Source: Stegostoma tigrinum (taxonomy: Eukaryota). From it: 64,000 nucleotides of DNA. This document shows, one piece after another, positions 1 to 14,474 of the stretch; the first letter of the stretch is position 1, and each line of letters opens with the position of its first letter. Below the pieces are notes generated by a model, which had not been told where the DNA came from, searched no databases, and saw nothing but the letters and a program-made list of their open reading frames with translations. Made by a program: the position numbers and the translations under genes. The stretch lies in assembly GCF_030684315.1 (NCBI RefSeq), contig NC_081363.1:40455254-40519253 (forward strand). The letters run 5' to 3'.

Positions 1-1566
1 TTGACAATTTCACATCAAAGTAAACAAAGTGTATTAAATAAAATATACATAAGAAAAGGAGATAAATATCAATTATTGTCCTTATATTTTGTATCTGCTT
101 ATTGAATATGCTTAGAAATAAAACAAATGCAAAGAATATTTGGGAAGAGAATTATTAGACAGGAGTAATCTAATTAAGGGGTGCAAATTATGATATAAAC
201 CATAAAAGTTAACCTCGAGTATGTTATACCGCTATCTAATGCCTCTTCATATCTACCACAACTCCATCCCATACCTCCCATCATCCACCCCTCCCATTGT
301 TAAAGTTATACTACTGTATTGAAGTTCTATTCTAGTACAACTTCATGTCGATCTATTTATGCCAACAGCCATCATCAATGCAGACAGCTACTCAAGTAAT
401 TTGAATTATTAATCACTACTGACCTTCCCATTAGAGCAATTACAGTTAAAATGTAATTATTACCAATTGCTTGAAAAATAAACAAAATATTTATTGGAAA
501 TTCTAATCCATTGCTTCCTACAGGCAATTATGGATTTAAAACCATTTATGAAATTAATAAAGACATATATTTATGAAGTAGACTGAAATATTGTTTTAGG
601 TCCTGGAAACAAGAATTGGAGTTTTTTACGGGCTACAGGACCTACCCTAGGAGGAAAAAATGACCTACTTGGGATTTTCAAGAAATTCACCCCCCACCTT
701 TGATGTGCATGGAGGCAGGTTCTCTGTCCAATTAAGGACGGAATCTGAGGACTTGCAGCTTGAGAAGAGCAAGCTGCAGCAAAGTATGCATCAACATGAA
801 GGTGCCCACTTACAAATTTATTTAAAAATGTAAATAAAAGGCCCTCTTGTGCAGCAGTGATAGTGTCCCTGTTGCTGGACCAGGAGGCCCAGGATCAAGT
901 CCCACCTGCTCCAGCAATGTGCAATAACACCTCTGAACAGGTTAATTAGAAAAATCGTTTAATTTTAAAAAATGTAAATAAAAATCAGAAAACACAATGA
1001 GATCACCACTGTCAGGGTGAGGATTTATTTTAATGCAACGAGGACAGTGTTTTCTGCCCATCCCTAATTGCCCAAGCATGAAGCAGTTTGTTAGGTCATT
1101 TTAGAGGAGAGGTAAGAGTCAATTACATTGCAATAGATCTGGAGTCACATATAGGCTATATAAGATAAGATTGTAAAAGCCAATCAGGTTCACAGTATAT
1201 TTGTGAACTTTTACAATCAATGACAGTTTCATGGTTCCTTTACTGAACCTAGCTTTTACTTCCAGATCTGGAGAAGAACTGGGAGGTTGGATATCAGGGC
1301 GGGGGATGAAATCCCTTCAAAGGGTGACATTCAGCTGCGGCTGCACCCAGGCAGGCAGGAGCTTGTAGACCTGCCTGGAATACTGATTGCCTGTTCTGCA
1401 ACTAGGTATCCACTTCCAGGCAAACAGTTCTTCCTTGCATTAGACAATTGCAAGCTGACTGAGAAATCCCAGTTGGACTCCTTTCAGCACTCTTAATCCA
1501 GTCCCAAACCTACCTTGGCCAGGCTGAACAGGAAGGAACTTGGAAAACCAGCATACTGAGAAGCAA

Positions 1567-1784
1567 ACTGTGGAGCTGGAGGAACACAACAGGTCAGGCA
1601 GTATCAGAAGAACAGGAAAGCTGACGCTTCAGGTCAGGACCCTTCTGCAGAAATTCAGATTTCTAAAGAAGGGTCCCGACCCAAAACATCAACTTTCCTG
1701 ATCCTCTGATGCTGCCTGGCCGGCTGTGTTCCTCCAGCTCCACACTTTGTTATCTCTGACTGCAGCATCTGCAGTTCTTGCTGT
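1567..1784. mobile_element. Mini fold-back PLE-pLTR element
   Basis: Inverted arms similar to the 20355-20480 pLTR. Perfect 15-bp TSD CATACTGAGAAGCAA at 1552-1566 and 1785-1799. Confidence 0.88.
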
Positions 1785-4089
1785 CATACTGAGAAGCAAT
1801 ACTGTCTTCAGGCTCTGTCCACATTATGACTTTGTTGGGTTCATAAATCTTGTCCAGTGCCTTTCATTTCCCTGAACTTGCTTTGCAGCTTTTGAAATAC
1901 AGTTGCTAATGTACTGTAGGAAAATATGCTGCCAGTTAGGTAATGGATCATAATGGATCAATTACTCTGAGTTTTAATTATTTAAGGCAATTTAGTGTCA
2001 TTAAGATAGGTTGTGTGTATAATTGAAAAAGTACTGTATTCCTTTTTATTGCAATCATCATAGCATTTGGGTTAAGAATGACTGGTAGGTTTTACAGCTG
2101 TGTAAATGATTTAAATACTTGTCCCAATGATGCATTTGGAAACAATAATAAACTTTGATATTTAAGGAAATTAATACTTTAATATTATTATTTATATTCC
2201 TTATTATTTACAATTATGCATCTCATGACTATTCACAATTTATGAAAATAAATATATGGTACAAGAATAATTTTAAACAATTACTAGTTAATTAAATAAT
2301 TTAAAATAATCAGCAGTGCATCAACAGCTTGATGTGATAAGTCCTGTGTACGGGTGAAAAGACTAAGCATGGGGATTTCAATGCAAGAGTGTGAGCACAA
2401 TATGAGTTATGGTCTTCCTGCCTCAGTCATCCCGTCTGAGAATGGACAGAGACTATTTGAGAAAGATAGAAATGCTATCGTGTATCAACATTGGCCATAC
2501 TGCTTACCCAGATAAAAGCCAACAGGCCCTCAGCTTTATTGAACAGATCTTTCTGGCATTCCCACATAAAGTGCAGAGCAAAATGAAACATATTTTGAGA
2601 TACTATCTACAATACTGTATTTTCAACATATGGGAAGCAACAGCATAAAACTGATGACTGGTTCAAGGCTAACATCATTGTGATGGAACCTATTATTGAA
2701 GCCAAACAGTGGGCTGTCATTAATTACAAGAGAGATACAAGTGAGAAGACTCTGAATGCAAAAGAACCACTTGAATAAAGACAGACAGACTGGTAAATTG
2801 TGCACAATGACTACTGATTACAAAAGGGATCGGTTGGGCGGGGGTGGGGGGGGGGTGGGGAGGGGGGGTTGTGTCTGGCACCAACACTCTTCGGTGCACT
2901 TTTCCCTTTGCTCATCCCATATGTCTTCACACCAGCAACGTAGGATGTCTACTTACCTATTTGAACTGATGGAAAGCTGTTCTACCTTGATCCCATGATA
3001 TAGAAGATAAGGGTGCATGAAGCATCAAAAGGATAGATGTTTTCATGCACAGGAAGTGTTTTCTTCATCAGCAAGACAAATATCATGGTCTAGGATGTTG
3101 CCATGTACCTACATTGGAAATTGTTGATAGCTTCATGTATTTGGGCAATACAATCAACAGCTTTTGTCGCTTGATGCCAAAGTCAACTCAACACGTTTTA
3201 ATTATTACGTACAAACTCAGCAAGTGAGTGAGAAACAACAGCAACCTGATTGAAACAGTAAGACAACAAAGCCTGAACCCTTAGGGTGCTCCCAAACAGT
3301 GGTGAGACATGGACTACATATGCTGGGCAAGAGAAAAATACGTATACTCAACATCTGGGCAAGAGAAAAATACGTATCCTCAACATCTCTTGGCAGGACA
3401 GGATCACGAACTCACAGGTCCTGGATTGCCAACAGAGTTTTTATTTATTTATTTATTCATAGGATGTAGATGTCATTGGTTAGGCCAGAATTTATTGCTC
3501 ATACCTAATTACCCAGAAGGCAGTTGAAAGCCATTCATATTGCTGTGGGTTTGGAATCACATGTAGGCCAGGCCAGGTAAGCATCACAGTTTCCTTCCTG
3601 AAAGGACAGGAATGAACAGGAGTAGATGGATTTTTTCAACAATTGGCAATGGTTTCATGGTCATTATTATACTCTTAATCCCAATTTTTATAAAAGTTGA
3701 ATTCAATAATTCAGTTGGGTTCCCAGAACATTACTTGGCTCTCTGGGTTAACAGCCCAGTGATAATATCACTGGTTCATTGTCTCCCCCAAATCAGCTGT
3801 GATATTTGGAGGCTTCCAGACGTGGCTCTGCACACCATATATCATGATTATTGGGCATCCATGTTGGGTCAGGAATGCCTTTTGGCAGCTTCATCCATGA
3901 ATTAGCAGACCTCTTCAAAATACCTTCTGCTCCCATTGAATGGGGAGGAATCTAGAAATGTGCCCATTAAAATGAACTGCCCCATCTTTCTGCTGCCTTG
4001 GAAATCCATTCTCAGTGCCATTACAAATCCTGCGGTTATAACGAAATAAAACTAATCTTGGAACATGGAAATGAGTCACTTGACAACCC

Positions 4090-6150
4090 AAAGTCTGTTC
4101 ACCTAAAAGGATAAATCATGGCCCAGGCACAGCATTGACATCGTTAATCTTAGTAAAACCCACCTCACTGGGAGGGTTACCTGAGGGAAGCCAGTGGAGG
4201 GCACACCTCTGGAAAAGGAAGTCCGACTGTCACTCCCCCCATCACAGAGTCGGTTCTGCCGTGAGAACAGGATCTTTGCTTCACTCTCTGAACTACCATT
4301 GAGGGTCAATGAGAAGCTGATAAAATTACACCTACATCTCAGCCATAACCAACATGCCATACCACTGTCATCAGCGCACACACACCAAAATTAGGTTCCA
4401 ATTAAGAAGTCAAGGAAAGGATCTACCTCAATCTTGATGGCATCGTTGCTTCATTCCTCAGGGACAACAAGAATTCTTCTCGGTGACTTTAACACCCAAA
4501 TTAGACATGACTACAAGTTTTAGTTGGAACTAGTGGCAAAAGCGGTGTTGGGAAGACCAACATCAATAACATTCTGTTCTTGACCATGTATGCCCAACTT
4601 AGTCTGTTCGTGATGGTCATGATCTTTCACGAGAAGAGCCAGTTCAAGACCACATGGAGGCACCTGAGGTCCAAACATTGGAATGTTCTGGTCAACATCA
4701 TTGTTTGAGGCAGAGACCTGAGAGGTGTGCTTGTCACAAGAGCTGTGGAGAGTTTACATTGCTGGACAGAGCACTGAATTATGATAATTAAGTGCCCAGA
4801 CTCTGAAAGGCCAAAAATACTAGTCAGAGAAAGCTGAATGTGCCTGTCTTGAAAGATCTGAAACAACAGGATGAGTTCCAGCATAGTTGCACAGTGCACT
4901 GGATCAAATGCCCACCATTGATGACATCTACATTCAGTCAAATGGAGAGCAACTTACATTTGCTGTCCTAGGCACATTCATTCAAGACATATGGGATGAG
5001 CAAAGGGAAAAATACACCAAAGAGTGTTGGCGCCAGACACAACCCCCCTGTCTGATCCCTTTTGTAATCAGTAGTCATTGTGCACAATTTACCAGTCTGT
5101 CTGACTTTATTCAAGTCATGTCAAGAACCAGGCTTGGTTTAATGCCAGTTACACCCAGATCCACATTCTTGAGTGGAAGTGAGCAGCCTTCTGGGACTTG
5201 GCAAAGACACCTATATAACCAGCAAATTATGGCAATGTACCATCTCCTGAAGACTATAGTCCACCAACCTATTTGTGACAGGAAGAACAATTGATGGGTG
5301 GAGAAGGTACATGGGATTCAGGCGTATGCTGACCAGCATGACAAGTGCAATCACTTCCAGCCAACAAGGTAATCTTTGGGGTAGTAGGAACTGCCAATGC
5401 TGGAGAATCTGAGATAACAAGGTGTAGAGCTGGATGAACGCAGCAGGCCAAGCAGCATCAGAACAGCAGGGAATCTGACATTTCCGGCCTAGGCCCTTCT
5501 TCAGAAACCCTTTTATGGAAACTACAGAGAAATTTCCCTCCTATCCACCATTGGTAAGATCCTGACCTGCATCCTCTTGAACCATCCGGCCACTGAGGAT
5601 CTCCTTCCAGAAACCCAGCGTAGCTTCCGACTAGCTCACAATACTGAGCCTATGATCTTCGTGCCTGAGCAGAGGCAGAAGCAAGAGCTAGAATTTTTCC
5701 ACAATATTGGATGTGACCAAGTCATTTCATTCCCTTTGGTTGCTCATTGAAATTTAACACCACGCTGAGACTCCTGCATGAAAACATGATCCTTCTGAGT
5801 GGAGGATCTGAAGTGGACAGCCATCATCAAAACAGAGTCAAACAAAGTTATGTAATTACCCCACTTCTACATTATCTACTTGATTGTTATCATTCACCTC
5901 CCCAAAAATAACCTACCACCCGATGTCAGTGACCAATATTATGTGGATGGGAAGCTTTGTAACCTTGGTCACTTCCATATATCCACACCCTTCAGTTTGC
6001 AGATAACTGTGATAGTGCATTCTATGTAAAACATGCAAATGGTGCTGATCTTTTCAATACTTTGTGCTTAAACATCACCAAAAGAAAGCCTTTCACCAAC
6101 ATTCCAAGGCCAATTGAACCACCTAGGTAGATAGTTGGGTCTAGAGTTTC
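4090..6150 (+). mobile_element. Degenerate RTE-clade LINE, interrupted by later insertions including a solo pLTR at 5383-5507
   Basis: Translated fragments ILLGDFN, TTWRHLRSKHW, NYREISLLSTIGKIL and LLPETQRSFR resemble RTE APE/RT motifs. Confidence 0.75.
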
Positions 6151-7222
6151 TGCAGCCCCTCCGCTTTCTGGCCAGCCATCCCTACCATAAGAGCAGGAGG
6201 AACAGGAGTAGGCCATTCAGCCCCTCAAGCCTATTCCACCATTCAATGAGATCATGGCAGTTCTGAGGCCTAAGTCCTTACACCGGCCTTTTACCCATAT
6301 CCTTTACCATTGTTTAACAAAAATGGATTTATGTGAGTTTTAAAATTAACAACTTATTTAGCATCAACTGTCATTTGAGGAAGCGTGTTCCAAACCTCTA
6401 CCATGTTTTGTGTGTAGAAGTGCTTTCTAGCATCTCTCTTGAATGGTCTGGAACTAATTTTTATCCTAAGACTCTCAGTTCTAGAATCCTGGAACAAATG
6501 CAAATACCTGCCACTACTATAAAAGATCTTAATGTGACTGATACTTTATATCACTAACTTTAAACTTCACCAGCATTAACATGTAAATCTTACATGCTCA
6601 TGTGGACCTCATATGCCCCCTTGAGGATAATTTATTTTTGCCTGAAAATGCTTTCATTTCAGGCTAATAAACCAGATAACTTGTGCTGCTAATGTGCAAA
6701 CTGATTACCAAAGTAGGGATTTGAGAGTGTCAGTCTAACTGAAAATTATATATTATTATTGTCTAAACAGTTGTATATAATTTTACATTCATACACATAT
6801 ACCAATTTTAAACAATGTATGTAAAATATTAAATATTGCAACTGACCTCATACAAAGTATGAAGATAAAACTTTAGATACGTAATGCGCCAAAGTTGATG
6901 GGTTTTCTTGTCTTTTTCAGAGCAGCTTTCTGCCGGACTATGCTGCACTGCAGTAACTCATCAAATATATTTCAACAGTGCGTCCTTCACTATGACCTCT
7001 ACCATCTAAAAGGACAAGAGCAGCAATATTATCAGAGTGCTATCATCATCAAGTTCCTCTCAGAGTCACAGATAATGCCGAGTGGATATAAATTGCTTTC
7101 CTTGACCAGTGCTGAGTCAAGATCCTGAAATTCTTCATTTAATACCACTGTGGGAAATTTTTCATCAAATGGATTACATCAGTTCAAGATAAAAGCCAAC
7201 TTGGGAAACTAGACAGTAAGAC

Positions 7223-8300
7223 CTTAAGATGTAAAAGCAGAAGTAGGCCATTCAGCCCATTGAGTTTACTCCACCATTCAATGAAATCACAGATCATCTG
7301 ATAATCCGCAACTTCATTTTCCTGCCTAATCCCTATAACCCTTGATTTCATTATTGATTACAAATCTAGATATCTCAGCCTTGAATATACTTAATGACCA
7401 AGCCTTGATAAATGGTGGCAATAAAGAATTCCAGACTCACTACCCTCTGATAGGAGAAATTCCTCCTCATTTTTGCCTTAAATGGGCAACCCCCACCCCC
7501 CCCCCCAACCATTCTGGAATTATGCCCTCTAATTATGCCTAGACTCTTCCACAAGGGGAAACAACCTCTCCACATTTGCATTGGTCAAGCTCTCTAAGAA
7601 TGCTATGTTTCAGTACTTTCCTCTCATACTTTTAAACTCCGATTAGCCTAACCTACTCAACTGTACTGCATAAGAAAATCCCTCCCTACCCAAAATAACC
7701 TACTCAACTGTACTGCATAAGAAAATCCCTTCCTACCCAAAATAAACCAAGTGAACTTTGTCTTGACTGCCTCTAATTCCAGTATATCTTTCCTTAGATA
7801 AGTGAATTAAAGCTATTTACTGTATTCCAGGCGTGGTCTGACCACTGCCTTCTATAATTTAGCAAGACTTAACAACTGTTATACTCCACTCCCTTTGAAA
7901 TAAAGGCCAATAGTCCATTTGCCTTATCCATTACCTTCTAAATTTGCAGTTATTCTTCTATTCTTCCAGCCAAAGTGCAAAATCTCAAATTTTCCTGTGT
8001 TATATTCCATCTGCCAAGTTTTTGTCCACTCACTTAGCTTGTTCAGTTGCCTCCAGAACCCTTTGCATAATCCTCCCTACTTGCATTCCTGACTTTTTGT
8101 GCCATGTACAAACCTGGCAATAGTATATTCACTTCCTTCGTACAAGTCATTAATATATGTTGTATATTAACGATACTAATCCCTGAAGCACTTCACTAGT
8201 GACAGCGTGCTATCCCAAAAATGTTCCTATTATCTCAATTGTGCTTCTTAATTAGTTTGCCAATCCTTTACACATCTTAACATATTACCTCAAACACTCA
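7223..8300 (-). mobile_element. Degenerate CR1 3' fragment (similar fragments near 6190-6500, 9650-10900, 22670-23145, 47500-47770, 52160-52930)
   Basis: Recognisable CR1 3' UTR (ggccattcagccc...) and degenerate RT similar to the 57.6-kb copy. Confidence 0.7.
7649..7744 (+). repeat. 47-bp tandem duplication inside a CR1 relic
   Basis: taacctactcaactgtactgcataagaaaatccct(c/t)cctacccaaaa x2. Confidence 0.9.
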
Positions 8301-8615
8301 TTAAATAGCATATGTACTGTACAAATGCATTTCAGAATGAGCAACAAACATATTTTTTCAACTGTTGCCTGTATTCTGAAAAGCAATGAGAAAATGCATG
8401 AAATGGGAGAAAATCAGTTATGTAAGTAATGGCATATTTTGATTACGTGCTTGTTGTAGATTTTTTTTTGCAATGGAAGAACTTTGCTTATATGTATTGT
8501 CTGTAATGTTTTGGGAATACCCCAGCATGTCTCACAGTAAATGAGGTACCTTTTCAAGTGCCGTTACAATTGTACTGAAAGACAAAAAAGCAGTCAATTT
8601 GTACATAGTGAGGTC

Positions 8616-8873
8616 TGAGAAGATTTGCAGCTCAGGTTGAGGTTCTGGATGTGAGTTTGCTCGCGGAGCTGTAAGGTTAGTTTTCAGATGTTTCGTCACC
8701 ATTCTAGGTAACATCAACAATGAGCCTCCGACGAAGCGACAAAACCTAAACAGATAAATAGAAAGCGGGACATAACACCAGCACTTCATCGGAGGCTCGC
8801 TGATGATGTTACCTAGAATGGTGACGAAACGTCTGAAAACTAACCTTCCAGCTCAGCCAGCAAACTCACATCC
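8616..8873. mobile_element. Mini fold-back element from the pLTR of the 35.5-kb PLE family, with a hammerhead core at 8800-8833
   Basis: Inverted pLTR arms. CTGATGA-T-GTTACC(TAGAAT)GGTGAC-GAAA-CGTC on +. TSD ATAGTGAGGTC at 8605-8615 and 8874-8884. Confidence 0.88.
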
Positions 8874-11049
8874 ATAGTGAGGTCATTTGAGCACCATATA
8901 AATAAATCATAAAAAAGCTGTTTTTGTTGATTTTTTTTGAAAAGCATTGACTACTTTTGGTCTTGTTTATAACAATTCCATCAGCTTCAAAAGGATATTA
9001 AAATGACATAATGGCAAGAAGACTTATAGTGCCTTTCTTCAACTTAATTTGAGGGACCGTTTTAAAATAAAAGGGAAAAGAAATGACTTTTGAAAGCTGC
9101 TCTCCCAAACATTAAGGTTCAGATCATACATTACTTGTAAGTGTGTTAATCAGAAAAGGTAACTTCTATTTCTTCAAGAGTGTGCAGTTTGCATATTCTC
9201 CCAGTGTCTACGTGGGTTTCCTCCAGGTGCTCTGGTTTCCTCCCACAGTCTAAAGGTGTACAGGTTAGGTGGATTGGCCAAGCTAAATTGCCTCATAGTG
9301 TCCACAGATGTGGCTTTGTGGGAGAGCAATGGGAAATGCAGGGTTACACGGTTAGGGTAGCGGGGTGGGTCTGAGCGGGATCTTTGGAGGGTCACCGTAG
9401 ACTTGGTGGACTGAAAGACCATATTCCACGCAGCAGGGGATTCTATGATTCAATGACAGATCTAAGATCAATAAAGACAGAAGACAGAGACATGAACACA
9501 GGCAGAAAGGGACAGAGACAAAGTGAGAGCAGAGAGAATGGAAGACACAAGCCCAGAAGGATGCACACATGCTTATCACGAGATATAAATTAATGTATGC
9601 AGAACAATCTTGAAGGTATATCCCGAACATTTCAGATCAAAGCATCTTGCAGCACAGTAAGAGGTCACTTAGTCATCCCTGTGCCAGCTCTTTGAAACAG
9701 TTGTCTAATTCAATACCAAACCTCAGCTTTCTTCAAGAGTCGTGTATTTTATTCCTCTTCAAGTAAATGTTCACTTGCCTTTTAAAAATTTGAATAAAAT
9801 TAGAAACCACATCTTTTCAGACATTGTGAAGAAAATTCTCCTCATTCACTGTTAGTTTGTTTTCTAATTATTTTTAACTTAAACTCTTTCCCAAGATTTC
9901 TCTTCTTGCTCTGTTAAAATCCTGCAGTTTTGAAAACCTCTATTAGATCTCTCCTAAATTCCCCTGTAACTCACTGCCACTTCTCTTCTGGGCATACCCA
10001 TCTTGAAGAAGTTCTACTCCTCTCTCTGACAGGATTTCTATTCCAATCATTTTTCTTGTACGCTGACATTAATTTCACTGTTGACTCCTTACTCCCTCAC
10101 CACACCCTATCTTCTGCAAATCTAAACTAACATTTTCCTAGCTACCATTAGCTTTGAGGAAGGGACACAGGACCTGAGATGTTAACTCTAATTTCTCTCT
10201 ACAGATGCTGTTAAACCAGCTGAGCTTTTCCAGCAATCTCTGTTTTTGCTTCCCTTAACTTTTTCTGCCATAAGGAAAGCAGTCCCAACTTTTCCAATTT
10301 TGTCAGATAAATAAACTTCCTCAATCTCAGTATCAGCCACTGTTTTACTCAGCACCTTCTCCAGGATTTTGACATTCACCTCAACGTGCGGTGCCCAAAA
10401 ATGTACACAATACTCCTAATGAAACCTAAATGGAAAATTGTAAAGGTTTAACATGGTTTCCTTGCTTTGGTTTGCAGTGCTTGTACTTATAAAGTATCCA
10501 ATCCACTTTCTTAACCACTTTATCAATTTGTTCTGTCACTTTCAACTATATGTAAATATGCGTACCAAAGTCCTTCTGCACTTGGCCTCCCTTCAAAATA
10601 TTTAGATTATACTGCCTTCCCATGTTCCTCCCTAAGTGCGCTACTTCACATCTATTACATTAATTTACACCCAGGATGGGTCTGACCATTTCTGCAGTCT
10701 GTCAATTTCTTCTAGAAATCTGCTACTACTGTGCCCACTATTTATTACATTGTCATTGCAAACTCCAAGGTTGTACCAAATTAAATTAGCACAGATGGAA
10801 TTGTAGGGGAATATATTTGTATGCATTGTGAATTGTTTCATAGTCATGAAATCAGAGACTAACAGTAAGCAGATCATTCTCTGGATATCAGGCTGTAACC
10901 AGCAGGGTACCGCAAGGATCAGCAATAGATCCAGAGCTGTTTATAACCTATGCAAATGATTTGGATGTGGAAACCAATTATTATAATTCCAGATTTGTGG
11001 ATGGCACCCCAACTAAGTGAGAACATAAATTGTGAGGGAAATATTGTGA

Positions 11050-11290
11050 GGGCAGCACGATGGCTCAGTGGTTAGCACTACTGCCTCACAGCACAAGGGG
11101 CTTGGGTTCAAATCCCCCTGGGGCAACTGTCTGTGGAGTTTGCACATTCTCCCTGTGTCTCTGTGGGTTTCCTCCCACACTCCAACGATGTGCAGACTAG
11201 GTGGACTGGCCATGCTAAATTTCCCACAGTGTTCAGGGATGTGTAGATTAGGTGGGTTTGGGGAATGGGTCTGGGTGGGTTGCTTGGAAG
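11050..11290 (+). mobile_element. HE1-like SINE (further copies ~9178-9450 +, ~21990-22240 -, ~51660-51995 +, ~53090-53540 +)
   Basis: A box TGGCTCAGTGG, B box GGTTCAAATCC and the same core as the 41.6-kb copy. Confidence 0.85.
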
Positions 11291-12079
11291 TTGGTGTGGG
11301 CTATCAATTCTATGAATATAAGGCTTCAAAATGACTTGACAGGCTAGCTAAATGGTCTAGAACATGGCATATAATGGGTGTCTGGTGGACTGCCTGACAT
11401 TGGTTATGCTGCGGTTTGTAATAGAATTGGAAGTCCAGCAAGGCTGATTAAATGTCAGGAGCATCTCACTTGATCTTTTATGCTTTTCATAAGCCTGTGG
11501 CAAGTTTCTCGCTCTGCAGCAATGAGTTGCCAATTGAGAAGGAATCTTACTTGTTAAACACCTTGTGGATGGCCCAATTTGACTCATTAGTATTCAGTTT
11601 TCTAATTTACCAAATTCATCAAACAAGCTAGATGTCACCAGACCAGGTTCCTGTTCAATTCCGTTTACCACTGGCTCCAAATGACTCCCATGTTGTACAC
11701 TGTACTCAGGAACATGAACCAAAATCATGGGCTGGTCCAGGCTACAACTTTGGGCTGTTTGCTTGTTGTCATAGCACTCACTTATTCCCTGCCTAATTGG
11801 AGATACACAGCATCCGTGCCTTGCATTTCTTTGCCTTGCATTTTTGTGCTTTGCCCCCCCCCCCACCCCTCAGCCAGAGATAAGGAGCTTATATTGCCTC
11901 TGTCCTGCTGTCTCGGATAAAGGAATGAAGTTTTTAATGGTTAATAGCAGTCCTCATCCTGTTCAAGGGGGATGGCCTTCGCTCAGGAGATCCTGGCAAA
12001 TAAGTCAAGAGAAGCCTTTAATATCAGTCCAGGGTATTGGAAATGGTCAGTCAGCCATTCAGGATGGTCACAGTCAGGA

Positions 12080-12640
12080 TGTTTTCCACATAATGGCTGA
12101 GGAGATGAATACTGGGCAGCCCACAATGTCTTACATTTTTCTGTCCTACTAAGGGCTGCTTTCATCCTGGAATGAAAGAGAAGCAGGTATTCAAGGAGGT
12201 GGCATAGCAATTACTTTTGGTGCAGGTGGGGAGGTGACTGGAGTGAGTAAGTAGGTAGCTCAGGGGGCACCTAAGGTTAGTGATATCAGAGTTGGTTGTG
12301 TAACATGGAGTGAGGGAAAATATTGCAGGTATTCGTGAGAGTGGTAGATTGCAAGTCTTGGTGGGACTTCGATACAATAGCAAAGATAGAGTGAGTGCAA
12401 GGTATTGTAAAGAGTATGGTGGATTTACAAGAGTGAAATGGAGAATGTAATTAACTTTCTTCCTACAGTACTGGGCATTCTTTCAGACAGCTGAAACTCT
12501 ACTGACCCAGGTGGTAATCTTGGTCTGCAGCCTCCATTGCCAGTTGAGGGAAAGGGACAAACTCAATCTGCACCAGCAGGTCCTCCAGGTCCCTGCCCAG
12601 ACGGTGGGGCACCAATTTCCCCCTGTCTGCCACGTCCAGG
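12080..12640 (-). pseudogene. Decayed Myb/SANT-like gene of a PIF/Harbinger transposon
   Basis: Fragments GKLVPHRLGRDLEDLL, ITTWVSRVSAV*KNAQYCRKKVNYIL and, after an intron-like gap with acceptor ttctctttcattccAG (12168-12167), KAALSRTEKCKT. These resemble the Harbinger Myb/SANT pattern APRF...LE.L / VA..VSA...R...QCRKK.NDL / K.AHN..E..KTGGG. Confidence 0.55.
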
Positions 12641-14474
12641 GAAAATGGGCCGACAGTGCTGGTGCAGGTGTACAATTGCTTTTAAAGATGATGTGGTCAC
12701 AAGGGATGCCTGTGAATTCTGGAAAATCCACTGAATGGTGGGTTGTTCTAAGAACAGCACATTGTAAAATGGGAATGGAATTATATGTAAGAAATGTCAT
12801 TGGGGTGGATTAGGTAACTAATGAGATTAACCAAAAACAGAAATTGCAGGGTGAATATAGGCAGGATGTTTACCCTAGCTAGTGTCTTTAAAACCAGAGG
12901 ACATAGCTCCGGATAAGGGTCAGGCCTCAGTTTAAGAACAAGACGAGAAGGAATTTTTTCACTCAGACGGTTGTGAAATTCTCCATCCCATAGGATCATG
13001 GAAGGTCAATCAGTGAAGCAGTACAAAACATGGGTTTCTGGAGACTAATGACATTGAGGTACGTGGAGATAGTGCATTAAAATGGCAACAAGGAGAGTCA
13101 TGATCTGGAATGGTGGGGAAGACTCAATTAACTGAATGGCTTTCTTCTAATCCTATGAATCCACATCTAGGTTATATATAATAAGAAAAGAAATGGTCCT
13201 AATACTGACTGAATGAAATGTCAAAACTCAAAGTTCTTACAAATGCAAAATATAAAAATATAGTTGTAAAGAAAGCTCAGGTATTTTGATAGATGGAGTC
13301 AGAAGTCTAAAAGTAGTTACAAATACATTGTGATTCTTTGAAAGCTAATGAAAAACTAAAAACTTTATTTTCTTGCAATATAAATGCCTTACTTAGGGGA
13401 AGTTTGGACTCAGGCTCAATATTACGGCTATGTACAAATCCCAGACTACATGTGAGTAATTCCAAAGGAACAATTTTACAGTATTTTTGAATGAATGTAA
13501 TTAAATCTTTGAGTACATTGAAGATGATTCTGACTGGGGAATCACAAGCAGTAGGAATAAAGAGAAATCTTAGGCTACAAGAGCAGGATCTAGTCATATT
13601 TAAATATATTTATACAATCTATATACTCTGCTCCTAGTTAAGAACTTTTAAAATAATGGTGTGAAGCAAAACTGTCAGCGTTCACCGGCATTCCCTTATA
13701 AACCATCAGCAACTTCTGGGTTGAATTTTCATGAAGATGCAGAGCTGCGGCTAGAGGAAGGTTTTTACTTTATTCACTCATAGGAGATGGGCATCACTGG
13801 CTAGCCAGCATTTATTACTTGTCTCTAGCTACCCTTGAACTGAGTGACTTGCTAGGTCATTTCAGAGGGCAACAAGTTGAGGCCAGACTAAATAAAGATG
13901 GCTGATTTCCTTTCCTAAAGGAAGGCCAGATAATCAACATTATTCTAGGCTGTACCAAATTCAAAGTTTCACCATCTACTTTGGTAGTATTCAACGCCAT
14001 GTCCCAGGATATTCGCCTTATATGGATTGATAGTCCAGTGGCACCAAAACACCATTGCATACTCAGTTGTTTGGTGGGAGCATCTGAGAAGTATCACTGA
14101 AAGCTGTGAAATATCTTTCTTCAATTATCACATTTGCTTCATCAAAAAGCTCACTATTTCAGAAAATACACTTTAAAAATTAACTTAGTATATCTACATG
14201 AGCAAATTACTAAAGGAATGATCCTTTGTATCCATTTTTGTAGCTACAGCTTTTGTGTGATTCTATTTTTTCTACATAAGATCTCAATACTCTTATTCTT
14301 GTAATCAAACTAAAGCTGTAGCCACAAAAGTGTTCACAGGCGATCCTTCTCTCCCTACTTTGAGTTGGACAATGTAAAAATTCTACATGAATTTGTTTGG
14401 AAAACTTACATTTTTCTCCTGTGCTTATGTCACAGTTTGATAAAAGAGCAAAATTACTTGATTGTTTTTATAGG

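Noticed and set aside
6900-6990. Strong plus-strand splice acceptor (ttttcttgtctttttcAG at ~6920)
   Set aside because: Downstream frames give no recognisable protein and run into a LINE tail.
11050-11120. tRNA gene
   Set aside because: The A and B boxes belong to the SINE head; there is no full cloverleaf and it continues into the SINE core.
12469-12813. Plus-strand exon-like ORF after tttcttcctacAG
   Set aside because: Better explained as the antisense of the decayed Myb/SANT sequence; the pyrimidine tract is the complement of the CRKKVN codons.
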